Position numbers and translations under genes: made by a program | Part shown: positions 1 through 26,343 of the stretch, in pieces | Layout of the letters: each line of letters begins with the position of its first letter | Numbering within the stretch: position 1 is the first letter of the stretch | Notes under the pieces: model-generated | Seen by the model: the letters and a program-made list of their open reading frames with translations, nothing else | Told to the model about the DNA's origin: nothing | The model's database searches: none | Assembly (NCBI RefSeq): GCF_009914755.1 | Contig: NC_060943.1 | Source: the human T2T-CHM13v2.0 reference genome, Homo sapiens | DNA: 64,000 bases | Direction: 5' to 3' (one strand)

Positions 1-230
1 TCATTCTGAAGGACCAGCAGGCAAATGCCTTCCAAATGGTTCCTTTTCCCCCAAGAACAGCAGATCATTGCCAGCCGTGATCCCGTATGACTAAAAGAGC
101 CAACAACGTTGGTTGGCAGTACCCAGAACAAAGAGGGAGTTTTCCCCTAAGGATGCTCACTTTTGTTTCTGAGTTTCCTGGTTCATTCTCACCCACATTC
201 AGAACAAGTCTGTACCTTTACATGTGCAAC

Positions 231-663
231 TTTTTTTTTTTTTTTTTTTAGACAGAGTCTCACTCTGTTGCCCAGGCTGGAGTGCAGTGGCACGATCTTG
301 GCTCACTGCAGCCTCAGCCTCCAGGTTCAAGCAATTCTCCTGCCTCAGCTTCCCAAGTAGCTGGGACTACAGGCAGGTGCTGCCACGCCCGGCTAATTTT
401 TTGTATGTTTAGTAGAGACGGGGTTTCACCTTGTGGGCCAGGCTGGTCTCGAACTTCTGACCTGAAGAGATCCACGTGCCTTGGCCTCCCAAAGTGCTGG
501 GATTACAGGTGTGAGCCACCACACCTGGCCTCAAGAGATCCACCCACCTCGGCCTCCCAAAGTGCTGGGATTACAGGCGTGAGCCACCACACCTGGCCTC
601 AAGAGAGCCACCTACCTCGGCCTCCCAAAGTGCTGGGATTACAGGCGTGAGCCACCACGCCTG
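231..663 (-). mobile_element. Alu with a triplicated 68-bp 5' segment
   Basis: Alu consensus; tandem units at ~461, 529 and 597. Confidence 0.9.
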
Positions 664-850
664 TAATTTTTTTTAAATTAGACTCAGTGGAGCAGGCCCA
701 TAGTCCCAGCTACTCGGGAGGGTGAGGCGGGAGGATTGCTGGAGCCTGGGAAGTTGAAGCTGCAGTGAGCTATGATCACCCACTGCACTCCAGCCTGGGT
801 GACAGAGCGAGACAAAAAATAATAATAATAAAATAAAATAAAATAAAATA

Positions 851-1555
851 AATTCACACCTTTCAAGATAGCTATTCTTTAAAAAATAGCAAAACACAAC
901 ACGTGTTGGGGAGGATATGGAGAAGCTGGAACCCTTGTGCAGTGCTGGTGGAAATGTAAAATGGTGCCGCCACTGTGGAAAAGTCTGGCGATTTCTAAAA
1001 AAAGAAAAAATGTAAACAGAGAATTGCCATATGATTCAGCAGTCTCACTCCTGGATATTTAACAAAAAAAAAAAAAAAAAAGGAAAGCCAGAGACATGAA
1101 GAGTTATTTGTAGACTCAGGGTCATAGCGGCGTTATTCACAAGAGACAGAGGGTGGAAGCAGCCCGTGTGTCCATCAATGGAAGAATGGATAAACACGAT
1201 GTGGTCCGCCCATACAAGGGAATATGATTCAGCCACAAAAAGGAAGGAAATTCTGACACATGCTACAACATGGATGAATCTTGAGGACATCATACTCGGT
1301 GAAATAAGCCAGACACAAAAGGGCAAATCCCGTATGGTTTCTTTCCTAGGAGGTCCCTAGAGTCGTTAGACTCATAGAGACAGAAAGTAGAATGGGAGGT
1401 GCCAGGGGCTGGGGAAGGGGATAGAGAGTGAGTGTTTTATACAGAGAGTTTCAGTTTAGAAAGAGGAGAAAGTTCTAGAGATGAACAGTGGTGACGGTTG
1501 TACAACCATGTGGATGTGTTTAATGCCACTAAACTACACTCTTAAAAATGGTCAA
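851..1555 (+). mobile_element. Old L1 (L1M-type) ORF2 end / 3'UTR fragment
   Basis: Typical L1 3' motifs (gaatggataaac..., gaaattctgacacatgctacaacatggatgaatcttgaggacat). Confidence 0.85.
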
Positions 1556-1694
1556 AACGGGCTGGGTGTGGTGGATTACAGGCGTGAGCACTTTGGGAGG
1601 CTGAGGCGGGAGGATTGCTTGAGGTCAGGGGTTCGAGACCAGCCTGGCCAACATGGTGAAACGCTGACTCTACTAAAAAAACAAAAATTAGTCA

Positions 1695-1871
<177 letters not shown>

Positions 1872-2429
1872 TTATAGATATTTTACCACAATAAATGAAA
1901 CAAAACATAAAAATAAAAATAATAAATGGTGTGTTATGTAGAGGGAGGTAAACAAACCTCCCGTAGTCATAAAAATTAAAAATATTACACCTCAGATTTT
2001 AGGCTCAATGCTGTCTCCCACCCCGTGTGGCTACTTTTGTTTTGTTTTGAAACAGGGTCTCAATCTGTTGCCCAGGATGGAGTGCAGTGGTGCAATCATA
2101 GCTCACTGCAGCCTCGAACTCTAGGGCTCAAGTGATCCTCCTGCCTCAGCTACCCAAGTAGCCGGGACGACAAGTGTGTACCACCATGCCCGGCGAACTT
2201 TTCCACTTTTTTTGTAAAGACAGGGGTCTCACTGTGTTGCCCAGGCTGGTCTCGAACTTCCGGCCTCAAGCAATTCTCCCACCTCAACCTCCCAAAGTGC
2301 TAGGATTACAGGTGTGAGCCACTGCGCCTGGCCTCCATGTGACTACCTTTGATTCTGTCGTCACATATCCTAATGATATAACATCTCTGTGTTTATGTTT
2401 TGTTTTTCTGTTTGTTTTTTCCTTCCCAG

Positions 2430-2518
2430 CTGGGTTTGGAGCGTTTCCACGGAGTTGGTATCCTGGGGTTTAACTCTGCAGAGTGGTTTATCACTGCTGT
2501 TGGTGCCATCCTAGCCGG
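2430..2518 (+). CDS. ACSBG2: ACSBG2 coding exon (LGLERFHGVGILGFNSAEWFITAVGAILAG)
   Basis: Polypyrimidine tract + cccag acceptor; GG|gtaagg donor; 89 nt, phase 0->2. Confidence 0.95.
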
Positions 2519-3417
2519 GTAAGGTCATTGGCTTGGTTCATGGTGAGGGTTAAGGAGCCGCTACCCTGGGCCTGGGACCCCTGGGCTTGTCCAGTGTGAG
2601 ATGCAAACAGGAATTTTGGATGAACGCCCTAGTTAGCAGGCAGGATAGATGCACGAACAAATCATTCTGATCACAGGTCATACGCAATAACACCCATTAG
2701 ACTAGCAGTCTCAGACCTCTCGATTTTCTTCAGCTGAAGAACTTTTTGCAGACAAAATAATAATTGTAGATAGCATTTAGAGGTTTCTGATTATGTGCAG
2801 AAGCATTGTGCTCCACGTGTATGATCCTGTAAAACCTCACGACAGCAATGTGAAGTGGGTCCTATCATCCCCTATCTACAGATGAGGAAACTGAGGCTCA
2901 CACAGCCAGTGGGCAGCCTTGAAGTCTTGGGCTCATGCGATCCTCCCAACTCGGCCTCCAGGGTAACTGGGACTATGAGCACACACCACCACACCCAGCT
3001 AATTTTTTTTTTTTTTTTTTTTTTTTGTAGAGATGGTTTCTTGCTATGTTGCCCAGGCTGTAATCGTGAAAAAAACAAAAGTAAAAATAAAATACTGATT
3101 TCTTCTTGAGCTTGTAATTCTACCTTTGGGAGTTTTACTTAAAGAAACAAAACCAAAACATGAATATATTTTGGCTTATGCACAAAGATACTTCTTGGAA
3201 GTGTTATTAGTGATGGCAAAAAGTCGGGGACAACCTAAGTGTCCCACAGCTGTGGATTAAACCATGAGATGCCTTCTGGATGGGATTCTCGGTAATATTT
3301 TGAAATGATGGCTCTGAAGAGCACATTTTAAGCATTTTTGATGTCAGAGGTGACAAAGCAGGTATCAAAATCTTTATACACTGTATGGTTACAACTATGC
3401 TTAAAATTTAAATATCA

Positions 3418-3764
<347 letters not shown>

Positions 3765-4090
3765 TCACTCTTACCTATATGATATCATTGACTGCTCATG
3801 GTAGCCCTTTGAGGTAGGTGCCATCATGATCCCAAGTAATAATGATGGTGACGATAATCTGGGACCAATAGAGGTTAAGTGTCTTCCCCAGAATCATGCT
3901 GTGGTTGGATAAAGACCCTGAGATCTGAACTCGTTTGTTCGACTCAAGATTAATAATAACAACAGCAACGACAGCAGCAGCAGCAGCCACGGCCATGACA
4001 AAATTGAGCGGCTGGGCACAGTGACTCATGCCTGTAATCCCAGCACTTTGGGAGGCTGAGATGGGAAGACTGCCTTAGCCCAAGAGTTCA

Positions 4091-4477
<387 letters not shown>

Positions 4478-4703
4478 TTATATCTCATCATCGAGACTAA
4501 CACCACCCTAATATGTTATATTCTATTTTCCAAATTTTTATGAGCATATACTACCCCTGTCTTACAGTGAGTTGAAATATATATATATTTTGAGGCCGGG
4601 TGCAGTGGCTCATGCCTGTAATTCCAACACTTTGGGAGTGGAACACCTGAGGTCGGGAGTTTGAGACCAGCCTGACCAGCATGTAGAAACTCTATCTCTA
4701 CTA

Positions 4704-4868
<165 letters not shown>

Positions 4869-4870
4869 TC

Positions 4871-4912
<42 letters not shown>

Positions 4913-4952
4913 TTATTATATATATAAAATATATAATACATATAATAAATAA

Positions 4953-5333
<381 letters not shown>

Positions 5334-5574
5334 TAAGACAGTGTCATGCAGTGATTGGGCTCTGGTGCCACATCAGACCCAAATTCAAATCTTGGGTTGT
5401 CTGCTATTTTGTATTCTGTATGAATGAGCAGGAAAGCACACATCTCCATGCCTCACAGGGCTGTTATAAAGATTCAATAAGAGGATGCTTCATAAACCCT
5501 TAGCACAGTGCTTAGCAAATAGTATGTGCTTAAGAATGGTGATGAGAGTAACCATCTCAAATAATTATAATGTG

Positions 5575-6586
<1,012 letters not shown>

Positions 6587-6906
6587 TCAGATCCTAGGTC
6601 TAACACCTACTTGCTGTGTAATCTTGAGTGACTTCACTGCTGGGCCCCTGTTTTTCTCATCTATAAAATGCGGTGTTCTAAGTGTTCCATGACCTGTTGT
6701 CATAGTGACATCATAGGAGCTGTCACTTATCATCATTGTCATTTTTGTTGTCTTCATCATTGTTAAGTTGGGGAGGAAGGGAAGCTGGTGCTGTGGCTGC
6801 AAACTTAAGAACTTGCCTGCAAACCTTTCCTCTCTTTTGACCTTCCAGACCATTCTGCCTTTAAGGTGTGTGTGGATGCACACACGAATTTGTTTTCTTT
6901 TCCCAG

Positions 6907-7027
6907 GGGTCTTTGTGTTGGTATTTATGCCACCAACTCTGCCGAGGCTTGTCAATATGTCATCACTCATGCCAAAGTGAACATCTTGCTGGTTGAGAAT
7001 GATCAACAGTTACAGAAAATCCTTTCG
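6907..7027 (+). CDS. ACSBG2: ACSBG2 coding exon (GLCVGIYATNSAEACQYVITHAKVNILLVENDQQLQKILS)
   Basis: ttttcccag acceptor; TCG|gtaaac donor; 121 nt, phase matches the previous exon. Confidence 0.95.
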
Positions 7028-7261
7028 GTAAACCCCTACCCAGCACTGCCTGCCAAAGTCACCCAGGGGTACCTCAGGGCTCTGGGCAGGTGTTCTTTTT
7101 TTCCCAGGTAAATTCTAATGATAAGATAGGGCCATGCATCTGTTCAGCGAGTCCTCCATGACCTCATTAGTATATGTGGTGAAGCTATTTTTGGAGAAGC
7201 AGACTGAAATAGAGGAGTTTGATTTCCAATTCATATTAACTTAGTTTAATACTCAGCCTCC

Positions 7262-8195
<934 letters not shown>

Positions 8196-8275
8196 AGCCC
8201 CCACTTAAGTAAAAGTATTAATATATTTATGTATTATTTTATATACATCCCACTGCTAATTATTTTTTCTTTTAG

Positions 8276-8768
<493 letters not shown>

Positions 8769-9454
8769 TGATCTGCCCGCCTCGGTCTCCCAAAGTGCTG
8801 GGATTACAGGCATGAGATACTGCACCTGGCCTTGGTTACAATTTTCTTTTGCATTGTGTTGAAATTATCCAGTGAGTTTTATTTGCGTACAGTGAAATTT
8901 AGCTGCTGTCTTACGTTTTTTTTTTTTTTTCATTGTAGTGTCTTTGTATGGCTATTGTCGAAACTTTAAATTTCCTACATGTTTGAATGAGCTGCAGTTT
9001 GCTGAATCAGCTTTTGGCAGGAGGGTCCTGGAGAGGAGGGGAGTCCCTGGGAGGGGTGAGCCTAGATGGCTAGGTTCATTTCAGCTCAAGGACCACTGTG
9101 ACTGTTTCTTGAATACATGATTTCATGACTCTGAGTCACTCATTTCTTCACTTTTTCACATCTCTGGAGTCGAGATGTGTCTTTTCATTGATGGCATTCT
9201 CTGATCACTACTGGCCATATGTTTTCTCACATTTTATTCTCTCCGAAATTTGGGTACAGTTTCCAGATTCAATGAAATCCTAGCTAGACTCAGTGAAATA
9301 CAACACTTTCTCCTGCCTGGCTTCCTTTGACTCCTAATTCCTGACTTGGTTCAGGAAGGACAGACCTCCACCTCTGGCCTAGAGCTTTTAAAAATTCTTT
9401 TCTTTTTTCTTTTTCTTTTCTTTTCTTTTTTTGTTTGTTTTTTTCTTTTTTTGA

Positions 9455-9745
<291 letters not shown>

Positions 9746-10583
9746 TGATGCATCGGTGGTTCCCAAAACTCATGTCATACCTGTTTGTCCTCTTCCTAGC
9801 AGAACACACTATGGGGTGGGTGCTGGTGGGTGGGTGGGGTCCTTCTTCCAGCTGGGAATGCTGGCTTAATTTGAGTTTTCCATAACTGGAAAATGCCACA
9901 TACACAACCTTCCCCTCTACACCCACCTGGCTGCTGTGGATTTCTGTCCTGGTTCTAGCAGGTCCAGCATTAAGTGAATAAAGCAATATCTGAATTATTT
10001 CTGACTCCTAGTTTCATTGAAGGTGAAGTCTGTGGAGGATTTATTGTTCCAGTTGCTAGGTCTAGAAGATTCAAAACCAGGTTCCTGACATGCTTCTCCC
10101 AAATTGGATGCCCAGCTCCACTTGGAGATCTTTATTTGGGGGAGTAATCACAGATCCTCCTCTGCTTATAATCCTCTAATTCTCTAGCGGTTTTCTGTTG
10201 GAGTTAAATAAACTCCAAACTCCTCATCTTTGCCTCCAAGGCTCCGCTGATCTGGGCCTCACCATTCTTTCATGCCCCCTCCCCTATCATACTCTCTTGG
10301 GTCCCCACTCTGGCCATCCTGGACTTTTTGTATCCCTCAGACATCCCAAGCTGTTGCCTGCCCCAGGCTCCTTGAATGTCTGTTTCTTCTTCTCTCTGGA
10401 AAACTCCTGTCCAGCTGCTATACGGGCTTCTGCCATCTTTTCTCTCCAATGCATGCCAGAGGCGTGGTTATGATTAGCAAAATGGATGTTGCAAGTAACT
10501 TTTTCATTGGATTGGCTAGAAGTGTCATAGAGAGACCCCATTCCGCTTTCTTTGGCATGAACAGAGTATAAAAATCTCGCAGG

Positions 10584-10929
<346 letters not shown>

Positions 10930-11354
10930 CTAGGTATGGGTAGAGGGCTCTGCACTTGTCCAGGTTCCAGCCAACTTCATGAAGGATTTTTATTGCCTGA
11001 CTCCGAGTAAAAGGTTAGCTAAATCTGGGCTGCAAGGTGCAAAGTCCTGGAAAAGGAAGAGCCATGAGGGACTTCTTTTAGCTCATCAACCAAGATCCAC
11101 AATTCTGTGTAGCATAATTTGGTCAGAGATGTGTTGTCTCGGGCAGACTATTGTCATCCTCTACCGACACTGTTGGAAGCTACTGATATGGACTACAAAG
11201 AATCCAGGAGTCCTGAAACCAAGTCATTTGGAGTCAGTCAAGACCAATAGCAGCATTTTATAGTGTGGGCAGGGGAAGAAAAGAGGCTGGAGGCTGGGCA
11301 CAGTGGCTCACGCCTGTAATCCCAGCACTTTGGGAGGCTGAGGCGGGGGGATCA

Positions 11355-11687
<333 letters not shown>

Positions 11688-11691
11688 TCAG

Positions 11692-11772
11692 ATTCCACAG
11701 AGCAGCCTAGAGCCCCTAAAAGCGATCATCCAGTACAGACTGCCAATGAAGAAGAACAACAACTTGTACTCT
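11692..11772 (+). CDS. ACSBG2: ACSBG2 coding exon (IPQSSLEPLKAIIQYRLPMKKNNNLYS)
   Basis: ctttctttcag acceptor; TCT|gtaagt donor; 81 nt. Confidence 0.93.
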
Positions 11773-11775
11773 GTA

Positions 11776-12250
11776 AGTGTGGGAGGTGGGCACTGGGGAA
11801 AGGGGAGGGCGGGGCCTTGCAAGAAAAGTGGGCGTGGCCTAAGTGGAAGGTGAGCAGAGGGAGGAGGTCGGACCTGGCAAGGGTGGGAACTCTCAAAGGA
11901 AGTAGGTGGGGACTCTCAAAGGAAGTGAAAGGTGAGGAAAGGAAGTGGGTGGGGCCTTGTGAGGAAAGTGGGTGCGACCTTTCAAAGGACGTGAAATGTG
12001 AGCAGAGGGAGGGGGTGTGACCTTACAAGGGAAGTGGGTGTGGCCTTTCAAAGAAAGTGGGAGGTAAGCAGAGATGGAATGGGGCCTCACAAATGTGGTA
12101 GGTGGGGGTTTGCAAAGGGATGTGGGTGGGGCTTCATAAATGTAGTGGGTGGGGCTTTGCAAAGGGAAGTGGATGTGGCCTTTGCAAAGGGAAATGGGAG
12201 GTGAGCAATGCGTGGGGGCCTAGCAAAAGGACGTAGGCGGGACCTTTGGG
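11776..12250 (+). repeat. Degenerate G-rich minisatellite (~24-bp unit aagggaagtgggtggggccttgca)
   Basis: Repeated GGAAGTGGGTGGGG / CCTTTGCAAA motifs directly after the exon donor. Confidence 0.75.
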
Positions 12251-12531
12251 ACGCATTTTTCCCTTCTGGCATGAAGGGACTGATTAATGAACAGTGTCTG
12301 TTCTGGCTAATTACTGCTGGGCAACAAATCACCACCAAAACTGGTGGCTAAAAAAAATCAGTCATTTTGTTATTAATTTTTTCCCAAGAACATTAAGATA
12401 ATTAAACAATATACTAAAAAGTTGAAAATTATGTTAAAACTAACAACATTAAGTTTAAATATTTTATTTATACCCAAGCCAAAATTTGTTATAACAATGA
12501 CTAAGACAACCAATTAGAATTGCAGACTTCT

Positions 12532-14160
<1,629 letters not shown>

Positions 14161-14606
14161 GATTTAGTTTAGGACCCAGAAATGAGCAAAAACGAATGAG
14201 ACTGAGAAAGTGGACTGTGACATTTGGGAAGGAAAATGGCCGAGTAAGACAATGAACTGTGCCAGTTGTGATGCTTGGCATCTGTGTGCCCAACAGACTG
14301 AGGACCAACCCAGATCTCCAAGACAGGGGATTGGATTGGACCAGCATGGGTCTGGTGCCCATCCCAATCCAGTCATTTGTGGCTGTGGAAGCCGGGGGTC
14401 TTCTACCGGCCTTTGAAGGAACACCCTTTGTAGGGAGACCTAGGGGCATCTCTGAGAAAGGACAGGTTCCCCCAGAGGGCTTGTGTGTGCTCTTCCTCTC
14501 ACCCTTGCCCTACCTTGTTACAGATTATCTGGGCAAAGGGCTTTGCCTGCTCAGATGAAGCCAGCATCACCCTGGGCAGGTTTCAGGCAACACTGGCCAT
14601 CTGTAG

Positions 14607-14744
<138 letters not shown>

Positions 14745-16053
14745 TGAGGAGCTGGGATTACAGGCGCCTGCCACCACACCCGGCTAATTTTTGTATTTTT
14801 AGTAGAGATGGGGTTTCACCATGCTGGCCATGTTGGTCTTGAACTCCTGACCTCGTGATCCGCCCACCTCAGCCTCCCAGTGCTGGGATTACAGGTGTGA
14901 GCCACCGTGCCTGGCCGAGGGGCCTCCATCTTTAAGTCAGCGCATCACCCTCATCCAGTGCTTTGTTGGGGGTTCAATGGTAGAATTTCTGCAGATCCCA
15001 TGTGATGCTCAGTCGATACAACCCAAGAGTTCACTTTGCGGCACCGAATTCTGTCATAGTTAAGAGCACAGGCTCTGGAGTCAGACCTTGGGTTTGAATG
15101 CTAGCTCCTCTCTTCACTTGCCTTAAGTAATCTGCCTTGGGCAAGTAATCTACCACCCCTGAGCCTCAGCTTCTTCACCTGCCAGAGTGAGGCAATGCAT
15201 CAATTATCAATAAGGATGCCTTTGGTCGTAAGTGACAAAAGTCTGACCCCAAATGGCTTAAGCAACAAACAAACAAAAAGATAATCTGTTGGACCATGCA
15301 ACTACAGTTCAGGGCGTGGATTTCAGGCATGGCTGGAACCAGGGGCTCAAAGAATGTGCCCAGGCTCTATTTTCCTTTCTCTATTTCTTGGCTCCGCTCC
15401 AGCCTTGCTTTCTCACATAGTCCTGAGATGGTTCAGCAGCTCCTAGAGCTACATCTTGACTCATTCACATACACAGTCTGTGTCTCAGAATTCCCAGGTA
15501 AAGTCTTCATCTTCATTATGATTGGACCACTTGAGGTCACATGTCCAGACTTGATCCAATCACCATAACCCAGGCTGATAGAACAGTTTGAGCCAATTAG
15601 GGTTGACTTCCAGATCTGTGGGTGAAGTCAGCCCCATCCAATTGGTGACTAAGAAGTAGAGTGGGGAGTGGAATTTGGGAAGGCAGCGAACAAATAATAC
15701 CTAACTCCGTAGAACACTTACCACCTGCCAACTACTATTCTGAGCACTTTGCATATATTAACTCTCTTACTGCTTAGAACAACCCAAGGAGTTGCGTCCT
15801 GACATCATTCCCATTTTACAAATGAGGAAACTGAGGCACAGGGAGCTTAAGTGGCTTGGTGACGCTGCGAGGAAGTGGCAGAACTGGAAGCAGAGATCTT
15901 GGGACTTTTGTAAGAGGTGCCAGGACTGGCACATCCTAAGCCCTTCCACCTGCTGAGGATCATTCTTTAGGAAAAGCTGATAGGACGAGGTCTGGCTGGG
16001 TGAGAGGACTCCCGACTGCCTTCTCATCCTCCGCTTGTCTTTTCTGTCCACAG

Positions 16054-16203
16054 TGGGATGATTTCATGGAACTTGGCAGAAGTATCCCTGACACCCAACT
16101 GGAGCAGGTCATCGAGAGCCAGAAGGCGAATCAATGCGCAGTGCTCATCTACACTTCAGGGACCACAGGCATACCCAAGGGAGTGATGCTCAGTCATGAC
16201 AAC
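16054..16203 (+). CDS. ACSBG2: ACSBG2 coding exon with AMP-binding P-loop (YTSGTTGIPKG)
   Basis: ttttctgtccacag acceptor; AAC|gtacgc donor; 150 nt; ANL motif I. Confidence 0.96.
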
Positions 16204-16371
16204 GTACGCCAAAGTCCCTTTGCTCTGGAGTGGTGGCCTTTGGGCTGTTTCTCTTGTTGGCTTCCAGGGGCAGGGTGGCATTCCAGGGTCTAGTACGCAG
16301 TGTGGCTCCTTCACCATTGGGGGTTAGAGAGTAGCGTAGTTGCTTCACTAGGGGGCAGCAGAGTGCAGTGA

Positions 16372-16779
<408 letters not shown>

Positions 16780-18894
16780 TGAGCCACCACGCCCAGCCTA
16801 CTTTATTTTTCAGTTGTGTGTGTGTTTTGTTTTGTTTTGTTTTTTGAGACCGAGTCTGGCTCTGTGCCCCAGGCTGGAGTACAGTGGCACTCCACTCACT
16901 GCAACCACTGCCTCCTGGGTTCAAGCAATTCTCGTGCCTCAGCCTCCTGAGTATCTGGGACTACAAGCCAGTGCCACCACACCCAACTAATTTTTTGTAT
17001 TTTGGGTAGAGATGGAGTTTCACCACGTTGACCAGGCTGGTCTCAAACTCCTGACCTCAAGTGATCTGCCTGCCTCGGCCTCCCAAAGTGTTGGGATTAC
17101 AGGCGTGAGCCACAGCACCTGGTCTGTTTTTACACTGTTTTTAGAGATGGGTTCTTACCATGTTGCCCAGGCTGGAGTGCAGTGACTACTCACAGGCACA
17201 ATCATCATGCACTTAAGCTTCAGACTCAACAGGCTCAAGTGATCCTTCTGCCTCAGCCTCCCAAGTAGCTGGGTCTACAGGTGCATGCAATCACACCTGG
17301 CCTGCTGGTTTTTAAATGAAGAATTTCTATAAAAGCATTCTTATAAATGCTTCCCTGCCCCCCCTCAGCCTAGGGTAATAGTTACCAGCACACACTGGTG
17401 TCTGACCACCTCAGTGTTGGAATCCTGGCTTTGCTACTTGTAAGTAACCATGTAAGCTGGTGTGACATTGGTCATATGACATCACCAAACTGTGTGTCAG
17501 TTTGCCCAACTGTAAAATGGGGAGAGTAGAGGGCCCAATTCTGGCAGAGGGCCTGGCCCATGGAAGGTCAGCAATGGAAGATTGCAAAGGTCAGCCTCCA
17601 CTCCCTTAATACACTGTCTCAGCTAGTGCTGTATAGCAAGGTGTGGAGCTAGGATCATCCCCCTGGGTCTGGAGGTCCCGATCCTAGATCCACACCCTGG
17701 AAATCTTCTCTGAATTTCTCATTTTAACATGAATCCAAATCTTTTGCCAACACTGTCTCCTTCAGCAGAACTCCTTTCCTCCTCCTGCATCTTAGCTCAA
17801 GGCCTCTTAGAAGTTTTCTGATTTTTCTACAACTATGGTTTTTACTCTCCCACACTGTCTGTCTGAGCAATATCACGGGCCCAGGACTAAGGTCTATATG
17901 TAAATTAAAACTTGGCTTCCTGTAAAATTTGATGCATAAATATATTTTGCTATAACAACAAGGAAAGCAGGCTTCAAGTTTGGCAATAAATCACGGGAGT
18001 ACAAATTAAAAGTTCAGACATTACAGAAGCCCTTGGACTCAATTGTATGATGCATGATAGAGAAAAATTATTTTTGGCCCAGTCTCCATCATCGCTCCCC
18101 TGGACCTGTGTGGTTGCTTCCACCCCATCCGGTTACCCGCCTCCCACCCAACTCCCACCCTCACCCCCACCCCCAGTCTATCCTCTCTACAGCCACCAGA
18201 GAGTGCCTGTGAGCACCTGAGTCAAGTCCCAATCCTCCTCTGTCTGCAGCCCTCCATGGCTCCCACTTCCCTCCAGGTAAAAGCCCAAGTCTCCTGAGGC
18301 CCACAAGGCACTGCAAGCCTAGCCCCATCTCCCTTCTCCTCTCCTCTCCTCCCTCTCTCCCCCTTGCTCACTCTGTTCTAGCCACATGGTCCTCCTTGCT
18401 GTTCCTCCAACACACCAGACACGTCCTGCCTCTTGGTCTTTGCATGAGCTCCGTGGGAAGTATTTTTCCACACAGCTTGTTCCCTCCCCTCCTTCGGGTG
18501 GGTCTCTGCTCAGTGTCACTTCCTCAGTGAAGCCCTCCCTAACTTCCATGTTTGAAATAGCAAACAATAAACCACCCCATTACTACCTAATTCCCATTTG
18601 GCTACTTTTTTTCTTCCTTAGAAAATTTTGACACTGTCATATTATATGCTCATTTGTTTATCAGGAACATCAGCTCCTTGAGGTCAGGGGTTTTCTGTCT
18701 TATTCACTACTGTAACTGCAGTGCCTGATGAGCAGGAGGACTCAATCCACTTTTGGGAAATGAATGAATGAGGGAAATCTGATTAAACAGGATATTCCCC
18801 TCTATGCTGGCTAGTATTTATGCTCCTAGTGGCTGCATGTGTGGTAAGACATTCTCCTAGCACAGGCATTATGAGCATAGATCCTGGAGCAAGA

Positions 18895-23930
<5,036 letters not shown>

Positions 23931-24249
23931 TCACGTATCAATACACTGTTAGCAAGTGGCAGATTCTCATTCATATCCTTCTGGTTCCAAACCACAAGGC
24001 TTTCCACAATAGGGAAGATGACACTTGTCAGCCACGCTGAGCCCAAGCCACAGGGCTCTGGGCAGGGTCATGCTGTCTGTGGGTAGCTTACAGGACCAAC
24101 ATGAGGACATCACTCTTGAACTATTTTTTTTTTTTTTTTTTGAGACAGAGTCTGCTCTGTCGCTCAGGTTGGAGAGCAGTGGCACAATCTCGACTCACTG
24201 CAACCTCTGCCTCCCAATTTCAAGCGATTCCCCCACCTCAGCCTCCTGA

Positions 24250-24603
<354 letters not shown>

Positions 24604-24832
24604 TAGCAGAGAATCTGCAGCTCTGTTTAATCTACCACATATACATAAAATGCTTAGAACAATGCCTGGCATACAGGAAGCCATGTCAAGGATAGCTATT
24701 AATATTGTATTTGGCTGGGTGCAGTGGCTTATGTATGTAATCCCAGCACTTTGGGAGGCCGAGACAGGAGGATTGCTTGAAGCCAGGATTGTTTGAGAGA
24801 AGGCTGGGAAACACAGCAAGACCTCATCTCTA

Positions 24833-25052
<220 letters not shown>

Positions 25053-26343
25053 CTACAGCTCAGTGTTTCTCCCGTGTAGGGAACACTATGTTCAGTGCTA
25101 AGATAAACACATTTTAACTCCCCACTAAAACCCCACGAGGAAAATTTTGTCACTAACCCTTTTACAGATGAGAAAACTGAGGCTCAGACAGAGGAAATTA
25201 CTTGGTCAAGATCACAGAGCAAGGGAAGCTCTGAACTGAGATCTGAACCAGGAGTGTCTAAACCATTGTACATCATAGACTATACACAACAAGCCCCTTC
25301 TCTCAACAAGTGTGCTAGGTTCCTTGAACCCTGGACTGTGCATGACAAGGTTTATGGGAGCCTTCATCCTGAGCCCAGGGAAAGAAGTGGAACTAGCCTT
25401 GAGGGATATTTTGGGCTGACTGCTTTATGTCCTTTACTGCAGTTAACCATTCCTTCTATTTCCTCATTCATTCAAGAAAAATTCATTGAGCACCTAGTAT
25501 GTACTGGGGAATATTCCAGGAGCAGGGGAAACAGCAGCAAACAAGACAGACTCAATCTGGACCTTGGGAACAGATAAGAAATGAACAAATGAAAACATTC
25601 AGTTTGTGTGACATGGTACGTACAGACTTAGGCAGTCAATGGCACTTTCACCTTAGATGGTGTGAGATGGCCCTTCTAAGGAAGTGACATTTCAGCTGAG
25701 ACTTAATGTTCAAGAAGTAGCCAGCCATGGGGGTGGGGGACGGTGAGGGAAAAGGCTGAAGAAAGAGCATTCCAAGCAGGGGGAATAGCCAGTCCAAAGG
25801 CCCTGAGGCTGGACCATGCCTGATGCATTGGAGCAACAGCGAGGAGGTCTGGGTGGCTGGATTAATGAAGTAACTATTCACCAGAGATTTATGACACTAG
25901 TGAGAAATATAAGTGACAAAATTATAGGTACACTAAAACTTTACATCTACATATGCATTGGAGAAAGAAAAATGCTAATAATGCTAATTACTGGGGTGTT
26001 TATATGATGGGATTATGGGTAGCCTTTTTGTTTGTTTGACCATGTTGGTTCCATAGTTCTATATTGGACCTGAGAAGCCTCTGTCCCCACTTTAAAGAAG
26101 AGGCAATAAAAGCCACGAGGGATTTTAAGGAAATAGCCCAAATGTCTAGCAAACAGTGGAGTCAGGGTTTGACTCTGGGACACTTGCTGAATCCAGTTTT
26201 CTGAGTTCTGTCGTTGGACCCAAGGAAGTCTGCAACCTCCCTACTCCTAAAGCTGCCTGCTAAATTTTGCAACTCCTCCTAACTTCAGGCAAGTTAGTTA
26301 AGGACTCTGTGCTTCTGTTTTCACATAATTCTCCCTGATTAAA

